From the NCBI GenBank assembly GCA_045632285.1, contig JAZQWJ010000039.1, positions 5,478 through 69,477 on the forward strand: a DNA stretch of 64,000 bases, given 5' to 3'. How positions within the stretch are numbered: the stretch's first letter is position 1; the number at the start of each line of letters is the position of its first letter. The translations under genes and the position numbers were made by a program. Shown piece by piece: positions 47,312 to 57,103 of the stretch. The notes beneath the pieces are model-generated. The model was not told the DNA's origin. It ran no database searches and saw nothing but the letters and a program-made list of their open reading frames with translations. The stretch comes from Eubacteriales bacterium. GTDB taxonomy: Bacteria; Bacillota; Clostridia; Oscillospirales; CAG-272.

Positions 47312-47347
47312 AATAAAAAGAACCGCCCGTGGGCGGTTCTTTTTATT
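47312..47347. terminator. bidirectional intrinsic terminator
   Basis: AATAAAAAGAACCGCC-cgtg-GGCGGTTCTTTTTATT. Confidence 0.9.
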
Positions 47348-48182
47348 TCCGTTTTTTTCTGTAATAAACAGGATAAAGCCCTGTTTTCATTTTAAAGAAA
47401 TTGCTGAAATAGCTGGCATCACAAAAACCAAGATCTTCTGCGATCGCGTGGATCGACTTATTCCCCTCCGATAACCACAGCTTGGCGTAACCGACCTTAA
47501 TGTTGGCGATATAGTCGATAGGGGTAGTGCCAAAGGTTTTTTTAAATTTTTTGGTAAAATATGCCGTGCTGTATCCCACACGCTCCGCAAGCTTGCTGAC
47601 AGAAAGACTTTCTCCAAAGTGACTGTCAATGTATTTTATGGTCTCACTCATTTTAGGGTCCAGATTTTCAGGCGTGTGGATAAATTGAGCATCACTTTGC
47701 CAAATCATCTCCGACACCAAGGAAAAAAGTGCCCCATTGGCCGCAAGCTGCGCCGCGGGCGCGGTACGATTCGCGTTATAGAGGCACAGATCCTTAAAGA
47801 TCCTCTCTACGCGTTCTTCATCTTTTAGCGGGATCGTGTGCGGAATTTTAAAATAATCGGAAAGGCGATTGGCTCCAAAAGTCAGATCAAAGTGGATATA
47901 ATATTTTTCAAGCTTTCCTTTGCCATCAAAATCAAATTCCAGATCACTGTCGGCAGGAATGAATACCAAGTTGCCCGGTGTCACGTGATGCCACGCATCA
48001 TCGATCTTCAGATCAAATTTGCCCACCTTTATCAAATAAATGGCGTTGTGCCTGAAATGATCCTTTCTGTTCCACCAATTGGTTCCGTCCTTATCCAACC
48101 ACCAACGATCACCCGAAATATATTCCGCCGTGTGAATATATGTGTTTGCGCTTAAAAACATCTGTTTTATCTTCTCTGCCAC
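47343..48182 (-). CDS. AraC family transcriptional regulator
   Basis: Cupin N-terminal domain and C-terminal double HTH (YFTKKFKK..G.TP..Y, LGFCDASYFSNFFK). Start placed at the GTG after GAGGTG. Confidence 0.92.
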   Translation of the reverse strand: MAEKIKQMFLSANTYIHTAEYISGDRWWLDKDGTNWWNRKDHFRHNAIYLIKVGKFDLKIDDAWHHVTPGNLVFIPADSDLEFDFDGKGKLEKYYIHFDLTFGANRLSDYFKIPHTIPLKDEERVERIFKDLCLYNANRTAPAAQLAANGALFSLVSEMIWQSDAQFIHTPENLDPKMSETIKYIDSHFGESLSVSKLAERVGYSTAYFTKKFKKTFGTTPIDYIANIKVGYAKLWLSEGNKSIHAIAEDLGFCDASYFSNFFKMKTGLYPVYYRKKRK

Positions 48183-48205
48183 CCATTTCACCTCTCTTCT
48201 CACTT

Positions 48206-48234
48206 ATTATACTAAAAAAAGAGGGCTCCGTCAA
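48206..48234 (-). promoter_or_regulatory. sigma-A promoter of araC
   Basis: TTGACG-17 bp-TATAAT. Confidence 0.8.
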
Positions 48235-48276
48235 GAAAAACGCAAAAAAACACAGCTTTTATAACGCATTTTTCTA

Positions 48277-48305
48277 TTGAAAAATATTTCCCTTTTGATT
48301 ATAAT
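48277..48305 (+). promoter_or_regulatory. sigma-A promoter of the GH78 operon
   Basis: TTGAAA-17 bp-TATAAT. Confidence 0.78.
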
Positions 48306-48332
48306 AAAATTAGTTCTTATGGGAGGTTGCAT

Positions 48333-50918
48333 ATGCTTTTTAAAATTGAACACATTGCCATAGATTATGATCGCCGTCAACTTTCTTTGACCGATAATAC
48401 CCATCCCGTATTCAGTTGGGCTGTGCGTCACGCTGAAGGCGGCGAATACCAAAGCGCCTTTTCGCTAACCGTTTCCAACGGAAAGCAGACCGTGTTTGAA
48501 AGCGGCGAGATCAAAACCAACGTGCAGCGCGCCGTTTACAGCGGTGCTCCCCTTGTTTCGGGCGAGATCTACACCGTTAGCCTGACCGTTAAGGACAGCA
48601 AGGGCCGTGAAAGCGCACCCAAATCTGCACAGTTCCGCTATCTTGCCAAGCGCGAATGGACCGCAAAATGGATCACCGCCGCTGAGGAGCGCAGGCTTAA
48701 CGCAAAGCATTTTTACAAAGGCTTTACGCTGGACACCCTCCCCGTTCGCGCTACACTGTATGCCTCGGGCATCGGATACCAGTATCTCACGGTAAACGGC
48801 AAGGACGTGGAAAAATCCTTCTTGAACCCCGCACTTTCTCACTTTAAAAAGCTTTGCTATTACACCGTTACCGATGTGACAGATGCACTCTGTCTTGGCA
48901 AAAACGGTCTGTTTGCCGTTGTTGGCGACGGCTGGCGCGATCCCCAAACTACCGAAAAGTGCTTTTTCCAAAAGGACCGCGATCGCAAGCCCGATATTAT
49001 GTTTGGCAGCACACAGCTGATCGCCGAGTTAGAACTGGAATTTGCCGACGGACACCGCGAGCTGATTGCCACCGACGAGAGCTGGCTGGCCGGCTACGGT
49101 GCCATCACGAGAAACGGTCTGTTTATCGGCGAAACCTATGACGCTACTGCCGCTCTTGCAGGCTGGGACACGCCTACCTTTGACGGAAACGGCCTTTCCC
49201 CTGCCGTACCCTCCACCGAAAGCGTTGGCGAGCTTCGACCTCAGACCCATCCCCCCGTCATCGAGCAGGAGCGTCTGAAGGCAACAGTCATCCGCCGCTT
49301 ACCCGGTGAAAATGCCTACGTTTACGATTTTGGCAAAAACATTGCCGGTGTTTGCGAACTAAAGATCCCCGCAGGGCTTCCCGTCGGCACCGAGATCACG
49401 CTGGAATTTACCGAAGAGATCCTGCCGAACGGCGATCTTGACCGTGAGACCTTGCGCGGTGCCAAGCACACCAAGGACGTGTATATCGTGGGCGAGAACA
49501 ATCTTGCAACCTGGATCCCGCATCTCACCTACCACGGCTTCCGCTTTGCAAAGATCAGCGGTCTTCCCACACTTCCCGACAAGGATACGCTGGTGGCCGT
49601 GATGTTCTGCAACGATGTGAAGAACAATTCCTTCTTCCGTTGCGGTGATCCCCTTATCAATCAGCTGCAGCAAAACATCGTGCAGACCGAGATGAACAAC
49701 CTGCACCACATTGCCACCGACTGCCCTCAGCGCGACGAGCGCATGGGCTGGATGAACGATGCCACCGTACGCTTTGAAGAGGCCCCCTACAACTTTAATA
49801 TGGGGCGTATGCTCCCCAAGATCCTGTTGGATATGGCACTTGATCAGGATCCCGAAACCGGTAGCATCACCGACACAGCCCCCTGCATCTGGAGTGCAAC
49901 GCCTGCCGACCCCGTTTGCTCCTCCTTCCTGATCGCAGGCCTTGAAATGCTGTTGCATTACGGCGATACCGAGACCATTCGCACCTATTACGAGCCCTTC
50001 AAGCGCTGGAACGCTTGCCTTGCAGCCCTTCGCAACGAGGAAGGTATTATCGAGCATTCACCCTACGGCGACTGGGCCGGCCCCGCCGATTACTGCAACA
50101 AGTATCTGGACGGTTGCCATTCTATCGTGACCCCCGGCGCGCTGATGTCCACGGGCTTCCACTATTACAATTACAAGCTTCTTTCCAAATTCGCAGCTCT
50201 GCTGGGCAAGCCCGACGAAGAGGCTGCATTTATAGAAAAGGCTACCGAGGTGCAGACCGCATTCCTTGAGAAGTGGTGCAAGACCAAGCACGAGGTAGAT
50301 CGCGGCGTTGTCTGCAACGCATCGCAGGGCTCGCAAGCCTTTGCACTGTGGCTTGGCATCCTGCCCGCAGAATATGAGAAAAGGGCCGCACGTTTGATGC
50401 ACGAGGCCGTGAAAAACGCAGGCTACCGTTTGACCACGGGCAACCTGACCTATCGCTATCTGATGGATATGCTGGTAAAATACGGCTACACCAATGACGC
50501 ATGGAAGCTGATGACCCGCAAGGATTATCCCTCTTGGGGCTATATGATCCATAACGGCGCCACCACCGTTTGGGAGCGCTTTGAGTTCAAGCGTGGCTCC
50601 GGTATGAACTCTCACGATCATCCTATGTACGGCGCTATCGGCTATTGGTTCTATGCAGGTCTGCTTGGTGTGACCCCCACTGAGCCCGGCTGGACCAAGT
50701 TTGCCGTAAAGCCTTGCTTCCCTGCCGATCTGCTCTATGCCGAGGGCAAGATCGACACTGTTATGGGCGAGATCTACGTACGTTGGCAGCATCAAATGGA
50801 CGCTATCGACGTTTTGGTTGACGTGCCCTTTGGCACCACTGCCACCCTCACACTTCCCGACGGCGTGCGCGAGCTTGGCTCGGGCTGCCACAGCTTTAGC
50901 TTTGAATGTGAAAACTAA
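48333..50918 (+). CDS. GH78 alpha-L-rhamnosidase family protein
   Basis: YDFGKNIAG, TYHGFRF, TDCPQRDERMGW, YGDW, GATTVWERF, MNSHDHPMYG. Confidence 0.93.
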   Translation: MLFKIEHIAIDYDRRQLSLTDNTHPVFSWAVRHAEGGEYQSAFSLTVSNGKQTVFESGEIKTNVQRAVYSGAPLVSGEIYTVSLTVKDSKGRESAPKSAQFRYLAKREWTAKWITAAEERRLNAKHFYKGFTLDTLPVRATLYASGIGYQYLTVNGKDVEKSFLNPALSHFKKLCYYTVTDVTDALCLGKNGLFAVVGDGWRDPQTTEKCFFQKDRDRKPDIMFGSTQLIAELELEFADGHRELIATDESWLAGYGAITRNGLFIGETYDATAALAGWDTPTFDGNGLSPAVPSTESVGELRPQTHPPVIEQERLKATVIRRLPGENAYVYDFGKNIAGVCELKIPAGLPVGTEITLEFTEEILPNGDLDRETLRGAKHTKDVYIVGENNLATWIPHLTYHGFRFAKISGLPTLPDKDTLVAVMFCNDVKNNSFFRCGDPLINQLQQNIVQTEMNNLHHIATDCPQRDERMGWMNDATVRFEEAPYNFNMGRMLPKILLDMALDQDPETGSITDTAPCIWSATPADPVCSSFLIAGLEMLLHYGDTETIRTYYEPFKRWNACLAALRNEEGIIEHSPYGDWAGPADYCNKYLDGCHSIVTPGALMSTGFHYYNYKLLSKFAALLGKPDEEAAFIEKATEVQTAFLEKWCKTKHEVDRGVVCNASQGSQAFALWLGILPAEYEKRAARLMHEAVKNAGYRLTTGNLTYRYLMDMLVKYGYTNDAWKLMTRKDYPSWGYMIHNGATTVWERFEFKRGSGMNSHDHPMYGAIGYWFYAGLLGVTPTEPGWTKFAVKPCFPADLLYAEGKIDTVMGEIYVRWQHQMDAIDVLVDVPFGTTATLTLPDGVRELGSGCHSFSFECEN

Positions 50919-50939
50919 TATTATAAAGGAGAAACGAAT

Positions 50940-51509
50940 ATGAAAATGGTAAAAGACAAGCAGATCCTGGTAGGCGCCGACTTCGCGGGCTTCCCCTTGA
51001 AGGAGGCCGTCGTCGCGCATCTGAAGGCAAAGGGCTGGACCGTCACCGATATGGGCGTAACGGTTGACAGTGATCCCGACGACACCGAAAATATGTTTCA
51101 CCGCGTTGGTCTGCGCGTTGGCGCGCAGATCTCCGAGGGCAATTTTGAGCGTGCTCTTCTCTTCTGCGGCACCGGTATGGGCATTCACATTGCCGCCTCT
51201 AAGTGCCCCCGCGTACACGCAGGTGTGGTAGAAAGTGTTCCCGCAGCGCTGCGCGCCATTACGGGCAACGGCGTCAACGTGCTGGCCATGGGCGCCTTCT
51301 ACGTGGCTCCCGCTATGGGCTGCGACATTGCCGACGCCTATCTCAACGCTGAGCTTGGCTCCGGCTATGAGCGGTGGCACAACTTCTATGAGTTCCATAA
51401 GCTGGCTATGGACGAGTTGGATGCCTTTGACTATGAAAAATTCAAGGCCAACGGCTTTAAAGTCGATCATCTTGGAGACTACCCCCTGAAGCTGGAAACC
51501 AAGGACTAA
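50940..51509 (+). CDS. RpiB/LacA/LacB family sugar isomerase (divergent)
   Basis: GADFAGFPLK, catalytic FCGTGMG, NVLAMG. Confidence 0.88.
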   Translation: MKMVKDKQILVGADFAGFPLKEAVVAHLKAKGWTVTDMGVTVDSDPDDTENMFHRVGLRVGAQISEGNFERALLFCGTGMGIHIAASKCPRVHAGVVESVPAALRAITGNGVNVLAMGAFYVAPAMGCDIADAYLNAELGSGYERWHNFYEFHKLAMDELDAFDYEKFKANGFKVDHLGDYPLKLETKD

Positions 51510-51512
51510 GTT

Positions 51513-51558
51513 CATAAAACAAAGGCGCAACGCGATCGCGTTGCTCCTTTGTTTTATG
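51513..51558. terminator. bidirectional terminator, near-perfect 46-bp palindrome
   Basis: CATAAAACAAAGGCGCAACGCGA|TCGCGTTGCTCCTTTGTTTTATG, one mismatch. Confidence 0.85.
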
Positions 51559-52354
51559 TTTTTTTCTTGTTTTGTCTCTTTTTTTGAATGTAATAGTAAA
51601 CCGTGTAGTAGACCAACGTATACAGTATAAACAGGCCCACCACGCAAAGCGGATAGAGCACCGGACTGCCGCCAACAAGGTTATAAAAGATGCTATAGGG
51701 CGTTCCGTCGTGGCTCATCAAAAACATATAGTTATAGTTCAAAAGCTTGTTTGCGATATAAGCAAGCCCCGAAACGTCAAGCAGGATCAGATTGGTGATC
51801 CAAAAATTATGCCGCTTCATGCTTGCCATACCGGAAATCGCGATATACAGCGATGCAAATCCCGAAATGCAGTGTGTAATGCCCGAAAACACATTATCCA
51901 TAGACAAAACAGGATAGGTTCCGTAGTTTTGTGCGGCGCCGATCGTGCCGAAAACAGCACCGAGAATACCAAAGATCATCACAAAATCCAAAGCGGCATC
52001 CTTCAAGGCTCCCTTACAAAAGGCGGCCATCGGAATGGCGATCAATTGAATGCTGCAAAGGAACAACGGCAAAACGTACAACCAATGCATAGGATCCTGA
52101 CATCTGATGCAAAGCACCACGATCTTCACGATCTCAAAGGCGTTGATCAAAAATGCACAAACGATCAAAACCTTGTTTTTGCTTTTATACGGAGCCTTTC
52201 TGGCCTTTATTCCCATCAGGATCGCCAAAGCAAGCATTGCAAGTATCAAGCATCCCACAAAGGTCAAGTGCTGCCAGGACCATGCCCCGGAGGCCTCTCT
52301 GGCATATTCGTATTCCCCGTTGACATATTGGCCAAGGCCAAAAAATTCTTTCAT
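51554..52354 (-). CDS. YwaF/TMEM164-like integral membrane protein
   Basis: SWQH, LPLFLCS, ITH, NYMFL motifs; about 7 TM segments. Confidence 0.85.
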   Translation of the reverse strand: MKEFFGLGQYVNGEYEYAREASGAWSWQHLTFVGCLILAMLALAILMGIKARKAPYKSKNKVLIVCAFLINAFEIVKIVVLCIRCQDPMHWLYVLPLFLCSIQLIAIPMAAFCKGALKDAALDFVMIFGILGAVFGTIGAAQNYGTYPVLSMDNVFSGITHCISGFASLYIAISGMASMKRHNFWITNLILLDVSGLAYIANKLLNYNYMFLMSHDGTPYSIFYNLVGGSPVLYPLCVVGLFILYTLVYYTVYYYIQKKRQNKKKT

Positions 52355-52377
52355 AATGTCTTTACCTCTGCTTACAT

Positions 52378-52405
52378 CTCTTATTTTACCGCTCTTATTT
52401 TACCG
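52378..52405. repeat. exact 14-bp tandem duplication
   Basis: CTCTTATTTTACCG twice, spanning the EEP gene stop codon. Confidence 0.9.
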
Positions 52406-53684
52406 CAAAATGCGTTATCAATCCATAATGATCCGAAACGTAACCGCTGTAGGAATCACTTAAAATGCGATAAGAAAGCGCCACAGATCTATCGTTGTAA
52501 AAGCAAAAATCAATCTCTGCAGGAGTCTGCGCACCGTAATTGTGATAGGTTCCTTTCACGGTAGATTCGTCTACGATCGCGGCCTTGTGCGCGTCCGACA
52601 TCTTGTCCGTAATGGTTTTATACGGTGCGTTCTTGTTGCTTGTATTAAAATCGCCCGTCAAAAACGTGGGATATTCACTCATATAAGAAGCAAGATGCTC
52701 CATCAGATATCTTGCTTGCTTTTCTCGGACGTTGTCATTGCCGTGATCAAGGTGCGTGTTGGCAAAAAAGACCTTTTCGCCCGTCAACTTATCCAAGAGG
52801 AGTGCCCACGTGCAAATTCGTTTACACAACGAACCATACACCTCGCTAACCTTATAGGGCGTTGCACTCAACCAGAAAGTGCCGCCTTCTACCAGATCAA
52901 AGCGAGATTTTTTATACAAAATGGTATTCCATTCGCCGTCCGTGGCATTTTCTCCTTCTCGAGAGCAGCCGACCATGCCATACTCCTCACCGAAATACTC
53001 TTCAAAAATGCGATTCCACTCTGCAGTTGTCTCCTGCGTGCCCAACAAATCGGGCTGATACTCTGCCATCAGCTTTTTAAAGCGGATCTTTCTGTCGGCA
53101 ATGTCATTGCCGTCGCCGTCGTTGGCACAGCGGATGTTTTGCGACATTACCGAGATCAGTGCATCACTGCCAAGCTTTTGTTCTGAAAACGTTTTGCACA
53201 TCGTATTGGTCAAAACAAGCGTATCGTCACGATAGCCGTACTCTGCAGTAGGCCAAAGCTCTGCAATTTTTTGAGCGGCCAGATAAAGCGCCTTATCTGA
53301 CTTGGCGCAAAGATATGCGCCGTTTTCGGTTAAAGTAAGCTGTGCCTCACCTTTTAGCTCTACATCGGGCGTGGAAATGGCTGCATCCACGTTGCCCAAG
53401 ATCAAAACGCAGTCGGCGGTCACATCTCCTTGAAATGCACGGTCGGTCACTACGGTGGGCTCATATCCCAAAGCGTCTTGCAAGGACTCGCGCAGCAGCA
53501 AAGCAGCCTCTTTTGCAATCTCGCCCTCGGATTGCGCATAAATAATGGTAAGAGGCCGATCAAATACCACCGTTTTTTCTTGCAAAGATTCTCCGGAATC
53601 TGTGGGCGAACAGGCAGTGAACGAAGACGCCAACAGAAGTATACTTAACAACAATATCAAATATCGCTTCATTTGTTTTTTCAT
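52395..53684 (-). CDS. lipoprotein with an endonuclease/exonuclease/phosphatase (EEP) domain
   Basis: Lipobox FTAC; SQNIR, GTQE, TFWLS, NTHLDH, GDFN, IDF, SDH. Confidence 0.9.
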   Translation of the reverse strand: MKKQMKRYLILLLSILLLASSFTACSPTDSGESLQEKTVVFDRPLTIIYAQSEGEIAKEAALLLRESLQDALGYEPTVVTDRAFQGDVTADCVLILGNVDAAISTPDVELKGEAQLTLTENGAYLCAKSDKALYLAAQKIAELWPTAEYGYRDDTLVLTNTMCKTFSEQKLGSDALISVMSQNIRCANDGDGNDIADRKIRFKKLMAEYQPDLLGTQETTAEWNRIFEEYFGEEYGMVGCSREGENATDGEWNTILYKKSRFDLVEGGTFWLSATPYKVSEVYGSLCKRICTWALLLDKLTGEKVFFANTHLDHGNDNVREKQARYLMEHLASYMSEYPTFLTGDFNTSNKNAPYKTITDKMSDAHKAAIVDESTVKGTYHNYGAQTPAEIDFCFYNDRSVALSYRILSDSYSGYVSDHYGLITHFAVK

Positions 53685-53685
53685 A

Positions 53686-56022
53686 TTAAAATCCCTCAAA
53701 TTCATTCATTTTGCTTTGCTCAAGTGCATTAAGATACTGCACATAGGAAATTTGCTTGGTTTTGGTTGTAAAATGATTGCGGCCATTGCTTCCGTCGGCG
53801 CAATACCATTCGATCAACCAAAAGCCAAGATTTTGCTTGGCAGAGACCGAATCGATCACAACGCTACAATCCGGACCAACCGTAGCAAAGCCCTTACAGA
53901 TGACGCGTCCGCCGTCTGTCATATCGCGCACTGTATATTGCACGTCCTGCGTTTTGCCGCCATCCTGTACAGCAAAAAGTCGGATTTTTCCACCATCGGG
54001 CTCATCAAACATCAAGCAGAGCTGTTGTTGAGAACGTTTGATGAAGTGGTACGCCAGTTTTTTACAATGGTACCAATCCACCACGGCATCAGATACCTGA
54101 GGCCAACCGTCAAGTAGGTTCCACCACATAATGCCCGTGCAATGTGGCTTGCCAATACGGAACTTTTCAATGTAGTATTTTTTCGCCTCGGCCTGAGAGA
54201 TCTGACTTTGCTTTGCAAAATCCACAAGATTGTCGGCCTCTTTGCCAAACAGCGTGCGCACCTGCTTTACCATCAGCGGGATGCGATAAGCATAGGGCGA
54301 CTTGGGATCGGTATTCATAGAGGCTGCATGGATCAGGTATTCGGGCGTGCCCTCATCCTTTTCGTTCAGCATCGGATACAGATTTTCGGCAGAAATGAAC
54401 TTTTCCAAGGATTTGGGAGAAGGCGAGCCGTGATAGCCGATCTCAGAGGCAAAGCAAGACTTAGCCCCTTTATAATAATCGCTCTTGAAATAGTCGCGGG
54501 GGCCCCAGAGGTGATCCTCGGGAGTCTTGGCGCGCGTTTCAAAGGCTACGCTGTCCACGTAAGGCGAGGACGGAATGTAAGGTCTCACCATATCGTAATT
54601 GCGCACAGCCTTGGGCAAAACCTGACGGGTGGCAAGGCAACCGTTGGGATCGACTTTATTTTTGAAAAAGCTCTTTAAGAAAATATCGTTTTCATTATCC
54701 CCTGCCCACAGCGCCAATGCGGCATGATTGCGCAAGCGCTTGATCACAGAAACAGCCTCGGCCTCCAAGTCAGACAAAAACTGCTCGTTTTCGGGATAAA
54801 TAGCGCAGCCCATGCCGAAGTCCTGCCAGATGAGAATGCCGTTTTCGTCACAGAAATCGTAAAAAGCGTCATCCTCATAGACGTTGCCGCCCCAACAGCG
54901 TACAGCGTTGCAGTCGCTTTCCTTCAGCAGCTGAAGCGCTTCGGGCAAGCGTTCCTTATGACGGCACGGGAAGGCATCCAGCGGCACCCAGTTGGTGCCA
55001 AGACAAAAGACGGGCTTGCCGTTGACGATAAAACCAAATTTGCCGTTTCCGTCAGCGTCCAGCACAGAGGTGCGCTCCAATTCGATCACACGAACGCCGA
55101 AACGGAATTGCTTTTCATCCAGCAGCACGTCGCCGCGCCACAAGCGGAAGGAAACGTCGTACAGATTCTGCTCGCCATAATTTTTCGGCCACCAAAGCTT
55201 GGGACCGTCAAATTTGGCAACAATGTTTTCATATGTGTGATAAGGGATCTTTTCTGCATGGAAGCTATGCTCGCCGCAAACGCCATCTACCGTGATGCGC
55301 ATATCATCCAACAGATCCGCATTGGTTTCAAATTGGACAAAGGCGGTCAGGATCGCCTGACTTTTGACTGCATCCACATAAGTGGTGTACAGATAGCACT
55401 GCTCCAATCTCTCATCGGATTTTTTCACCAAATAAACGGGCTTCCAAAGTCCGCCGGACACAAATCTGGGCATAATGTCCCAACCGAACATATAGGCCGC
55501 CTTGCGATATGCAAGAGAGGCTTGGTTAAAATACTGGGTTCGATTCAGCGGCGTGATCTCAACGTCGCGAGCAGCGATCATAGTGGGGAAAATATGCACG
55601 ATCAGCTCGTTTTCGCCCACCTGTGCATATTCACTGATGTCAAACGAATGGTCGATCAGCATATTATCTGCATAACCGATCATCATGCCATTTAAAAAGA
55701 TCACGGCAACGGTATCAATGCCATCAAAGCGCAGCCACGTCTGAGAAGTCGTTTCTTCACACGTGAACGTAGTATAATACCACAGATGGCGATTTTCATA
55801 TTGGCGATAAGCCAAGGGATTTTTCCCAAAATAAGGATCAGGAGCAAGGCCGGCGGCAAAAAGGTCCAGCTCCATACAGCCGGGAACGGTAGCATTCAGC
55901 TTCAAATAAGGAGAAGCCTCCAGCTCTGCCACGGTACAAGGATCAAATCCGGTTTTGTTTACGTCGGAATTGGGGGCTAGCAACAGCCGCCAATTCCCTT
56001 TTATTTCAGTTACAGCTTCCAT
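53686..56022 (-). CDS. GH2 beta-mannosidase
   Basis: FDGIDT, RKAAYMFGWD, LWWP, GTNWVP, RCWGGNVYE, WQDF, WAGDNE, SEIG. Confidence 0.92.
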   Translation of the reverse strand: MEAVTEIKGNWRLLLAPNSDVNKTGFDPCTVAELEASPYLKLNATVPGCMELDLFAAGLAPDPYFGKNPLAYRQYENRHLWYYTTFTCEETTSQTWLRFDGIDTVAVIFLNGMMIGYADNMLIDHSFDISEYAQVGENELIVHIFPTMIAARDVEITPLNRTQYFNQASLAYRKAAYMFGWDIMPRFVSGGLWKPVYLVKKSDERLEQCYLYTTYVDAVKSQAILTAFVQFETNADLLDDMRITVDGVCGEHSFHAEKIPYHTYENIVAKFDGPKLWWPKNYGEQNLYDVSFRLWRGDVLLDEKQFRFGVRVIELERTSVLDADGNGKFGFIVNGKPVFCLGTNWVPLDAFPCRHKERLPEALQLLKESDCNAVRCWGGNVYEDDAFYDFCDENGILIWQDFGMGCAIYPENEQFLSDLEAEAVSVIKRLRNHAALALWAGDNENDIFLKSFFKNKVDPNGCLATRQVLPKAVRNYDMVRPYIPSSPYVDSVAFETRAKTPEDHLWGPRDYFKSDYYKGAKSCFASEIGYHGSPSPKSLEKFISAENLYPMLNEKDEGTPEYLIHAASMNTDPKSPYAYRIPLMVKQVRTLFGKEADNLVDFAKQSQISQAEAKKYYIEKFRIGKPHCTGIMWWNLLDGWPQVSDAVVDWYHCKKLAYHFIKRSQQQLCLMFDEPDGGKIRLFAVQDGGKTQDVQYTVRDMTDGGRVICKGFATVGPDCSVVIDSVSAKQNLGFWLIEWYCADGSNGRNHFTTKTKQISYVQYLNALEQSKMNEFEGF

Positions 56023-56033
56023 ATTTCTCCTTT

Positions 56034-56963
56034 TCAGAGGTTTTCGCCCTCTGCAGCAACTGCCAAAGCAGCAAGATCGCCGATACTCTCACCCAAAGCA
56101 GCAGGCACTACGCGGCACACCTCAAGCGAGGGGGGCAGGCATTCTTTTTTCATAACAGTCTCCATTGAAGGACGCAACAACTGCTCGGCACGCGCAAACA
56201 CGCTGCCGATCACTATGACCTCCGGATTGATGATGTCCACAAGCAAAGAAAGTCCCCGCCCCAGATATTCGCCGCACAGTTGATAGACCTCGACCGCGGT
56301 CTGATCTCCCGCAAAAGCCGCCTCGGCAAGACTTTTGGCAGTAACACCGCCAAGTTCTGCGTGAGAGGCGCAAAAAGCCGTTTTTTCGCCGTTTTGAAGC
56401 TTTTCGAGAGCCAACGTGCGTCCAATCTGCGCAAGGCCGCCACCGCTGCAAAATCCCTCAAAAGAGCCGCGCTTGCCAAAGCCAACCGGGCCGTTTTCAG
56501 CAAGCCGTATGTGGCCCACCTCTCCGGCAGCACCGCAAGCACCGTTTAAAAGGCGCCCGTTGGCAATGATCCCGGCACCCATTCCGGTACCAAAGGTTAG
56601 AAAGATCATGTTTTCGGTTCCCTTACCGGCTCCGTATTTCCATTCAGCCAATGCACACGCGTTGGCATCATTGCAAAGATAGGCAGGAACGCCAAAGCGC
56701 TCCTCCAGCATTTTAACAATGGGAACGTTATCCCATCCGGGCAGATTAGGGGGCGACAGGATCAGCCCTTTCTTACTGTCAAGAGGACCTCCGCACGAAA
56801 TACCGATGCGCTCTCCCACACCAAGCGCCTCTACGGCAGCAAAAATGCGCGCTATCGTTTCTGCACAGGTGGTGGTTTCAAAGCGGAGCTTTTGCTTGAC
56901 GCCATTTTCGTCGCCAAGCACAACGGCGCACTTGGTTCCTCCGATATCAATTCCCGTCCACAT
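56034..56963 (-). CDS. ROK family sugar kinase
   Basis: GIDIGGTK, NDANACALAE, GTGMGAG, AGEVGH; no N-terminal HTH. Confidence 0.92.
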   Translation of the reverse strand: MWTGIDIGGTKCAVVLGDENGVKQKLRFETTTCAETIARIFAAVEALGVGERIGISCGGPLDSKKGLILSPPNLPGWDNVPIVKMLEERFGVPAYLCNDANACALAEWKYGAGKGTENMIFLTFGTGMGAGIIANGRLLNGACGAAGEVGHIRLAENGPVGFGKRGSFEGFCSGGGLAQIGRTLALEKLQNGEKTAFCASHAELGGVTAKSLAEAAFAGDQTAVEVYQLCGEYLGRGLSLLVDIINPEVIVIGSVFARAEQLLRPSMETVMKKECLPPSLEVCRVVPAALGESIGDLAALAVAAEGENL

Positions 56964-57054
56964 CGCAATCTACCTCATTATATGAAATCATTATTAATAG
57001 AATACACTATTTTCATCACAAATGCAAGGCTTTTCGACAAGAAAAAAGGCAAAA

Positions 57055-57091
57055 ATACAAAAAGGAGCTCGAAACGAGCTCCTTTTTGTAT
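57055..57091. terminator. intrinsic terminator after rplS
   Basis: ATACAAAAAGGAGCTCG-aaa-CGAGCTCCTTTTTGTAT. Confidence 0.9.
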
Positions 57092-57103
57092 CGGTTTTGG
57101 AAA

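Noticed and set aside
45481-47313. 610-aa antisense ORF over pckG; similar long ORFs opposite the M18 peptidase (20948-22420), glyQS (33016-34461), dnaE, secA, argS, yebC and GH78
   Set aside because: These are codon-aligned mirror frames of codon-biased genes, with no motifs or RBS. They are an expected artefact.
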